This document shows positions 58,330 through 64,000 of a DNA stretch of 64,000 nucleotides, piece after piece. The notes beneath the pieces were generated by a model, which searched no databases, was not told the DNA's origin, and saw nothing but the letters and a program-made list of their open reading frames with translations. The number at the start of each line of letters is the position of its first letter. Positions within the stretch are counted from its first letter, which is position 1. Where the stretch lies: assembly GCA_964512185.1 (NCBI GenBank), contig CAZEJJ010000003.1:36941-100940 (forward strand), given 5' to 3'. The DNA is from an uncultured Enterobacterales bacterium. GTDB taxonomy: Bacteria > Myxococcota_A > UBA796 > JAFGLY01. A program made the translations under genes and the position numbers.

Positions 58330-61300
58330 CTAGAGGGCGCAGCGAACGCCCAAAGAAAACGAGAAGAATCGCGGGTGACGGGCATTTGCCACCGAAATCG
58401 CAAAGAGCCCGTCGGAGACGCGCGTATCCCAATCACCGCCGCGAATCAGTCGCAGCGATCGGCCGGGCGAGCCGCGATCCCGGCTCGACGTCCACTCGGC
58501 CACGTTGCCCGCCATGCCCAGGACTCCGTAGGGACTGGCCCCTGCCGGCAGGGCGGCGACCGGCGCAGAGTGCTGCCAGACGTCGTCGGTATCGGCCAGG
58601 TTCATGCGGCTGGCCAGGGCGCCCTTACCCCACGGCAGATTTCGTTTCGGCATGGGGTTGGCCCGTTTCTTCGCCGCGTCCAGGTGTGCGCCACCGCGGG
58701 CGGCCTTGCTCCACTCCTCGGTCGACGGCAGGCGCATGCCATGCCAGGCGCAGAAAGCCTCGGCGGTGTAGGCGTCCACCGCGGTCGCCGGATGATCGGG
58801 CCGCGCCGCGCCGCGGACCATGTTGTCGGCCGGGTAGTCCGGCATATTGACGCCGGTTGCGGCGGCGTTGCGGGCGTAGCGGGCATAGTCGGCGTTGGAG
58901 GCCTCGGTGCGGTTGATGCGGAAGACCGGCAGGTCTACGGAACGTTCCTTCGACGGCTGGATGTGTCCTGGGAACGCCGGCGTGCCGACGCCGCCATAGA
59001 TGAAGGGCCCGGCGGGAACCGTCACCGCGTTGTTCAGCGACGCCCGGCAGGTAGGCACCGCGATCGCCACCGTGACCGCGCCATCGGCCCGGGTGGCGTA
59101 GCCGGGCAGCCCCCGCAAACGGAGCTGCGAAGGCGGGCAGGTACGTCCCTGCCCGCCGCGACCGTCGATCACCAGGAACGCGGGCCCGGAGCGGGTCTCC
59201 ACCTGGGCGACCAGTCGCCCGTCTTCGATTCGGCTGTCGGACACCTTGACGAAGCGGCCATCTCGCGGCCGCAGCGGGCGTCTCGGATCGGCCGGATCGG
59301 GTTCCCAGAGCGTCCAGCGCAGGTCGGGTAGGGTGCTGGGATCCACCGCCGTCGGCGAGTCGGCTGGTGCGGCCCAATCGTGCACCTCCAACGCCAGCCG
59401 GGTCAGCCCCATATCGCCGGCCGCGAGCGTGATCTCGGCAGCCTGGTTGCGGGTCACCCGCTCCCGTTGAGACAGCTCGGCCGCGACCAGCAGCGAGCCG
59501 ACGGTCACCGCCGCCAGGACCAGCGCGAGCCCCCCCAACAACGTCGCCCGCACACGGCGACTCCGGCGACCCTTGGCATCGCCCGCATCCAGGAACGCGC
59601 GCGCATCGACCGTCAGCCGTTCCTGATGGCCCCCCAGACGACGTCGCATGTCGGCCACGCCCTGCAATGGCCAGACCTCATCCGGCCCGCTGCCGCGCTT
59701 GACCCACAGCCGACCAGCCGCCTCCACCTCTGCCACCGCGAGCCGCTGATCGGAGTCCTGCTCCAACCATCGCGCCAGTTGCGGCCACGTGCGCACCAGC
59801 GATTCATGGGCCAGCTCCAGCACCGAGCGCCGCTCCTGGCCCTCGCGCGTGCGGCGGCTGGTCAGCAGTCGCGCGGCCGTCAGCCGTTCCAGGACCGCCT
59901 CAGCGCCGGCACCCAGGCCGGCCAGCAGCTCGCCACGCTCCACCGAACGGCGCGTGCCCTCGGGCGCCACGAGCCGCAGGAGCAGGTCGCGTGCGATCTG
60001 CAATTCGGACGACTCCAGTCCGTCCAGAACGGCCTCCGCGTGGGCCGCCAGGGCGCCGGTCACCCCGCCGATGGCCTCGTAGTCGGCCTTGCGCAACTGG
60101 CGGGCGACCTTGTCGCGGCGTTCCCACAGGGCCGCGCAGGCGAACTGCAGCATGGGCAGGGCCGCCGGTTCGCCCTGCAGCTCGGCGACCATCTCGTCGA
60201 CCACCTCGGGCGCGTCCCAGAAGTGGCCGACCCGCTCCAGGGGACGAGACACCGCCTCGTGCAGGGTCTGGGCATCCAGCCGGCGCAGGACCACCACGTG
60301 GGGCAGCGCCAGGCGCATGGCGCGGCCGGTGGCGAGGCGGCCCAGGAAGTCATCGCGCACCGTAAACAAGACCCGCACAAGTCCATCGACCGGATCGGCG
60401 GCGCCCGCCACGGCGTCCAGGAAGGCCTGCGCCTCATCGGGTGGACAGCCGTGGGTCGCGATCTCCTCGAGCTGGTCGACGAATAGCAACACCCGCGACG
60501 CCGACTCCTCAGCGAGCCGGTGGACCATGACGTTAACCCGGGAAGGCGTCTCCAGGATCTCGTCCGCCAGCTGCTGCACCTCCTTGCGAGAGGGCAGGTG
60601 CTGGACGGGAGACGAGGTACTCAACTCGCCGCTGCGGCCTTCAACCGCGCCGCCCGAAGGCTCATTTCCTTGCTGCAGCAGTCGATTGGCGAGCATCTGC
60701 AAGGGTCTGGGGCCGGGTCGCAGGGCGATGACGGTCCACAGCCCCTGCTCGCGCAGCCGGGGGATGACGCCCGCCTGCACCATGGAGCTCTTGCCGGTGC
60801 CCGACGAGCCCACCACCGGCACCACCGTGGCCCGCCGAAGCTGTTCCGCCAGGGCGTCGATGTCGGCGTCGCGGCCGAAGAAGAACTCGGCGTGTTGCTC
60901 CTCGAAGGGCAGCAGCCCTCGGAATGGCAGCGTCTCGACGCGGCCGTCGAGCGCCGGTCGAGCCAGGAGCGCCTCCAGGCGTTTGGCCGCTTCGGTCGCT
61001 GTAGGCCGCAGATCGGGCTCGTGCTCGATCATGGCCATGACCAGACTCTGAAGCTCCGGATCGGCACCTGGCGGCGGCGGCACCGTGGTCTGCTCGTCCA
61101 GCACACGCAGGTGAATGGGGCGTTCGTCCTGGTCGGGGCCCTCGAACGGCCGGTGACCGACCAGCATCTCGTAGACCAGCACGCCCAGGGAGTAGATATC
61201 GACCGCAGGAGCCGGGTGTGCGCCCGAAAAACGCTCGGGTGCCATGTAGGCCGGTGTGCCGGCAAAAAGCGCACCGCGCGCCGCGTCCGAGCTGGCGTCG

Positions 61301-61947
61301 AAGGCCTCGACGACAGCGGCGATGCCAAAATCCACCACGCGCAGGCGGCCGTCGCGCGGCACGAGCACGTTCTCGGGCTTCAAATCGCAGTGGATGACCC
61401 GCGCGGCGTGTGCGGCTTGCAGCGCACGGGCGATGGGCAGGGCGACGCGAAGGACCTCGCGCGATGGCATGGGACGTGCGCTCAGGCGGTTACGCAGCGA
61501 CTCGGACTCCACGTACTCCAGCGCCATGTAGGGCGACCGATGCCACAAGCCCACATGATGGATCGTCACGATATTCGGGTGCGAGAGCCGCGCGGTGACC
61601 TTGGCCTCCTCCATGAGGTCGCCGACGGCGTTCGGCCGCGTCAGGCGATCGGAGCGGATCAGCTTCAAAGCCACCAGCCGACCCAGGCGCATATCACGCG
61701 CCAGCAGCACCTGCCCCATGCCGCCGCGGCCGAGCTCTCGCAGGATCCGGAAGTGGTCCACATCCTGGCCGATGCGTGGCGACTCTGGCGTGTCGTACGA
61801 CTCTGAAGGGGCCGATTCGCCGACCCCTGCGTCGCGCCTCGCGGCGTGCGTGGTGGCGTACTGCGCGGGCAGCGGTGTGGCCGAGTCTTCGGTCGTCTTC
61901 TGGCTCAGCGTCGACCTCGCGGGAGGACCGGGATGTGGTGGTCCCAT
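58330..61947 (-). CDS. Ser/Thr protein kinase (non-RD) - STAND/NACHT-like P-loop NTPase - TM - FGE/SUMF1-type domain fusion
   Basis: Kinase: GRGGMGQV, VALK, IHCDLKPENV, DFG, YMAPE. Walker A GSSGTGKSS, Walker B LLFVDQLEE. TM LLGGLALVLAAVTVGSLLVAA. FGE-like C-terminus: FRINRTEASNADYARY, LPSTEEWSKAARGG, GNVAEW, RGGDWD. Confidence 0.8.
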   Translation of the reverse strand: MGPPHPGPPARSTLSQKTTEDSATPLPAQYATTHAARRDAGVGESAPSESYDTPESPRIGQDVDHFRILRELGRGGMGQVLLARDMRLGRLVALKLIRSDRLTRPNAVGDLMEEAKVTARLSHPNIVTIHHVGLWHRSPYMALEYVESESLRNRLSARPMPSREVLRVALPIARALQAAHAARVIHCDLKPENVLVPRDGRLRVVDFGIAAVVEAFDASSDAARGALFAGTPAYMAPERFSGAHPAPAVDIYSLGVLVYEMLVGHRPFEGPDQDERPIHLRVLDEQTTVPPPPGADPELQSLVMAMIEHEPDLRPTATEAAKRLEALLARPALDGRVETLPFRGLLPFEEQHAEFFFGRDADIDALAEQLRRATVVPVVGSSGTGKSSMVQAGVIPRLREQGLWTVIALRPGPRPLQMLANRLLQQGNEPSGGAVEGRSGELSTSSPVQHLPSRKEVQQLADEILETPSRVNVMVHRLAEESASRVLLFVDQLEEIATHGCPPDEAQAFLDAVAGAADPVDGLVRVLFTVRDDFLGRLATGRAMRLALPHVVVLRRLDAQTLHEAVSRPLERVGHFWDAPEVVDEMVAELQGEPAALPMLQFACAALWERRDKVARQLRKADYEAIGGVTGALAAHAEAVLDGLESSELQIARDLLLRLVAPEGTRRSVERGELLAGLGAGAEAVLERLTAARLLTSRRTREGQERRSVLELAHESLVRTWPQLARWLEQDSDQRLAVAEVEAAGRLWVKRGSGPDEVWPLQGVADMRRRLGGHQERLTVDARAFLDAGDAKGRRSRRVRATLLGGLALVLAAVTVGSLLVAAELSQRERVTRNQAAEITLAAGDMGLTRLALEVHDWAAPADSPTAVDPSTLPDLRWTLWEPDPADPRRPLRPRDGRFVKVSDSRIEDGRLVAQVETRSGPAFLVIDGRGGQGRTCPPSQLRLRGLPGYATRADGAVTVAIAVPTCRASLNNAVTVPAGPFIYGGVGTPAFPGHIQPSKERSVDLPVFRINRTEASNADYARYARNAAATGVNMPDYPADNMVRGAARPDHPATAVDAYTAEAFCAWHGMRLPSTEEWSKAARGGAHLDAAKKRANPMPKRNLPWGKGALASRMNLADTDDVWQHSAPVAALPAGASPYGVLGMAGNVAEWTSSRDRGSPGRSLRLIRGGDWDTRVSDGLFAISVANARHPRFFSFSLGVRCAL

Positions 61948-61986
61948 TGTGGCCTGAGCGAGGGGTTGCGGGCAAGGTCGGGCGGT

Positions 61987-62691
61987 CTACAGGATCCCGG
62001 CCTCGGTCAACGCGGCCGTCATCAACGGCGCCCAGCCGCGATTCGCCAGCGGGCTGGCCGGGCTCGGGTGTGGCACCGACGCGATGGTCACGTCCAGGTC
62101 GCCGACCACAGCCCTGGCCTTCTTCTCGGCGAACTTGCCCACACCGATGACGTACTTCGGCTCGAAGAGCTCCACCGTTCGACGCAGCGCCCGGTCACAG
62201 GCGGCGAACATGGGCGTCCGTTCGGCCTTGGGCAGCTTCTCTGGCACCCGGTTGCGGCCGGTCTCTTCCATGAACACCAGCGGGCAGTAATTGGCGATGA
62301 AGAAGCGCTCGAAGAAGGCCTCTGGGGTGCCATAGGTGTGCTTCGCCCAGCCCCACAGACGTCGCCCGCTGACCTCGCTGCGGGTGCAGTCAAAGCCGAG
62401 CACGGGCCGCTTGGGGTGTTCAACCTGGGGCTTGCCCACCGGCGCGTGGATGCCGAGCCAGTCGCGGACATGGGCGATCTCGCCGAATGGCACGCCGACT
62501 TGAGCCATGCCGAAGGGGCCAGGGTTCATGCCCAACAGCAGGATCTCTCGTTTTCCCGCCCCGTACATCTCGCAGTAGAGGTCCCACGCCTCGCGGGCGT
62601 AGACGAGCGGGTTGTAGACGTGGGTGACCGGCGGACCGAAGTTCAGGCCGTCCAGATCGGACACGAGGTCGTCGGTGATGTGCTTCATCAT
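61987..62691 (-). CDS. smug1: single-strand-selective monofunctional uracil-DNA glycosylase (SMUG1, UDG family 3)
   Basis: LLLGMNPGPFGMAQVGVPFGE and VPHPSPASPLANRGW match the two SMUG1 signature motifs. ATGA overlap with the upstream gene. Confidence 0.8.
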   Translation of the reverse strand: MMKHITDDLVSDLDGLNFGPPVTHVYNPLVYAREAWDLYCEMYGAGKREILLLGMNPGPFGMAQVGVPFGEIAHVRDWLGIHAPVGKPQVEHPKRPVLGFDCTRSEVSGRRLWGWAKHTYGTPEAFFERFFIANYCPLVFMEETGRNRVPEKLPKAERTPMFAACDRALRRTVELFEPKYVIGVGKFAEKKARAVVGDLDVTIASVPHPSPASPLANRGWAPLMTAALTEAGIL

Positions 62692-63158
62692 TCCGGTCTC
62701 GCTGCGCCGAATCGGTCTTCAAGTCTGCGGTGACGGTGCCGGAACAGGGCCGGCACGAGCCAGGTGAGCAGGAAACCTGCGCCCGGGAAGCGCGGCTGCC
62801 ATGAGACCTTGTCCGTCACAGTGCATCCACCCGCAGTGGCCTGGATTCGCCGCTCGTGGCGCCAGACCCGCTGCATCAGCATGGTCGATGACTCGATAAA
62901 TGCGAGAGGTTCCACGCCGATGAGCGTGATCTCGTCGTATTCCAAGGGCAGGACTCCGAACAGGAGCAACCAGCTGCGGCCGAGCACCTCTCCGACCGGC
63001 GCGTCTGCGAGTGTCTTGCCACGCATCTGGCTGGGAATCGACATGCGAAACCAGGGCGACAGCTCGGTGTTGACGCCTTCCATCGTGCAGATGTGCCGCC
63101 AGACGGCTTCAGTGGGGCTGGCCAGCGAGGAGCAGATGTCGAAGGAGCGACGACTCAT
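62688..63158 (-). CDS. SRPBCC (START/Bet v1-like) ligand-binding-fold protein (tentative)
   Basis: ATG 63158 overlaps the MDR gene stop (ATGA). 156 aa. SSLASPTEAVWRHI...WRHERRIQ...VTDKVSWQPRFPGAGFLL pattern. Confidence 0.4.
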   Translation of the reverse strand: MSRRSFDICSSLASPTEAVWRHICTMEGVNTELSPWFRMSIPSQMRGKTLADAPVGEVLGRSWLLLFGVLPLEYDEITLIGVEPLAFIESSTMLMQRVWRHERRIQATAGGCTVTDKVSWQPRFPGAGFLLTWLVPALFRHRHRRLEDRFGAARPE

Positions 63159-64000
63159 TGGGACTCGCCTGGAAGCACCACCAGCTTGCCGGCGGCGCGG
63201 CCGTCGCCCAGCCGTTGCAGCGCGGCGGGGGTCTGCTCGAGGGTGAACTCCGCGTCCACCACCACGCGCATGGCGCCCGACTCGATGTACTCCTCGATCG
63301 CCTCGTAGCCCTCGTTCTGCCGATGGAATAGCACGCCCATCTTGCGCGACGTGAACAGCGACGAAAGCGAGCCGAGGGTCAGGGTTCCAAAGAGCAGGCC
63401 CATGGAGCCGCCGACCATGAAGTAGCGACCGCCCGGCTTCATCGCACGGGAGAAGTCCCCGATCGAGTGGTGGCCGACCAGGTCCAGGATCCGGTCGTAG
63501 CGTCGCCCCGCCCGCGTGACGTCCTCGGCGGTGAAGTCCACGAAATGGTCGGCGCCGAGCTCCCGCAGCAGCGCGCACTTGTCGCCGTGGTCGACGGCAG
63601 TCACCTGCGCGCCCAGCGCTTTGGCGAACTGAACCGCAAATACGCCGCAGCCGCCACCCGCGCCGTTGATGAGCACCTCTGCGCCCGCTTCGAAGCCGCC
63701 GTTGCTGGTCATGCCCTGCCAGGCGATGGTCGCCGACTGGGGCAGGGCAGCCGCCTCTGCGAAGGACAGGAAGTCGGGCTTCTTGCGCAGCATCTTCACG
63801 GGCGCGCAGACCTGCTCGGCAAAGCAGCCCCACGTGCCGAATACGTCGCCATAGACGGCGTCGCCGGTCTCGAACTCCGTGACGCCCTCGCCGACCGCGT
63901 CGACCACGCCTGCCACATCGCTGCCCAGCACGGCATGCGAGGGCGTGAAAAGGCCGCCAATGCGACCGTATAGCGGTTTGCCGCGCAAGATCTCCCAGTC
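63155..64000 (-). CDS. zinc-type/MDR NAD(P)-dependent oxidoreductase (quinone oxidoreductase-like), N-terminus outside the window
   Basis: The frame stays open to nt 64000 (...DWEILRGKPLYGRIGG...). Rossmann motif LINGAGGGCGVFAVQFAKALGA. C-terminal AGKLVVL. Confidence 0.75.
   Translation of the reverse strand, partial: DWEILRGKPLYGRIGGLFTPSHAVLGSDVAGVVDAVGEGVTEFETGDAVYGDVFGTWGCFAEQVCAPVKMLRKKPDFLSFAEAAALPQSATIAWQGMTSNGGFEAGAEVLINGAGGGCGVFAVQFAKALGAQVTAVDHGDKCALLRELGADHFVDFTAEDVTRAGRRYDRILDLVGHHSIGDFSRAMKPGGRYFMVGGSMGLLFGTLTLGSLSSLFTSRKMGVLFHRQNEGYEAIEEYIESGAMRVVVDAEFTLEQTPAALQRLGDGRAAGKLVVLPGESQ

Noticed and set aside
1-64000. Search for tRNA, rRNA, tmRNA, RNase P or SRP RNA in the intergenic regions.
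   Set aside because: The intergenic gaps are short (at most 464 bp). I saw no T-loop (GGTTCGAATCC-like) or other diagnostic consensus. This was by eye only, so a covariance-model scan could still find small RNAs.

Overview
High-GC, gene-dense bacterial chromosomal window. Hand-counted 60-nt samples are mostly about 63-72 % GC, with one island near 52 %. I support 46 protein-coding genes (two are cut by the window edges), several short-repeat arrays, two sigma-54-type promoters, a few hairpins and operators, and one Y1-transposase unit. I saw no rRNA, tRNA or CRISPR. Gene content suggests a Myxococcota-like organism, though this is inference without any search: TPR/CHAT giants, a kinase-STAND-FGE fusion, CarF, disulfide-rich repeat lipoproteins, sigma-54 promoters and apparently leaderless genes.

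Left to right the window holds:
- an HD-domain signalling pair;
- a tetR-OMF-MFP-RND efflux operon;
- an AlkZ/YcaQ-like glycosylase;
- a RAYT/IS200-like transposase bracketed by inverted 14-bp repeat arrays;
- an EamA transporter;
- a sigma-54-driven arylsulfotransferase-like lipoprotein;
- an ATP-grasp-like gene divergent from a tiny Cys-rich lipoprotein;
- a 12.5-kb translationally coupled operon (AsmA/YdbH-like, YdbL-like, 2681-aa TolB-propeller/TPR/CHAT lipoprotein) flanked by inverted octamer arrays;
- a metalloprotease-lipoprotein operon;
- a DsbA-like pair;
- a C-terminally truncated thiolase abutting a low-GC DUF47-PiT module;
- DMGDH-like and CarF genes;
- rmuC;
- a cluster of eukaryote-like extracellular proteins (2x somatomedin-B + SNase nuclease; a 1194-aa Cys-knot/MAM-like giant);
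- housekeeping genes (thpR, tmk);
- two small OM beta-barrels;
- a non-RD Ser/Thr kinase-STAND-TM-FGE fusion with two unknown downstream ORFs;
- an MDR-oxidoreductase/SRPBCC/SMUG1 operon.

All family calls come from motif recognition by eye and none was verified by a database search. Gene starts were re-chosen where the ORF-track start was a GTG or TTG extension.
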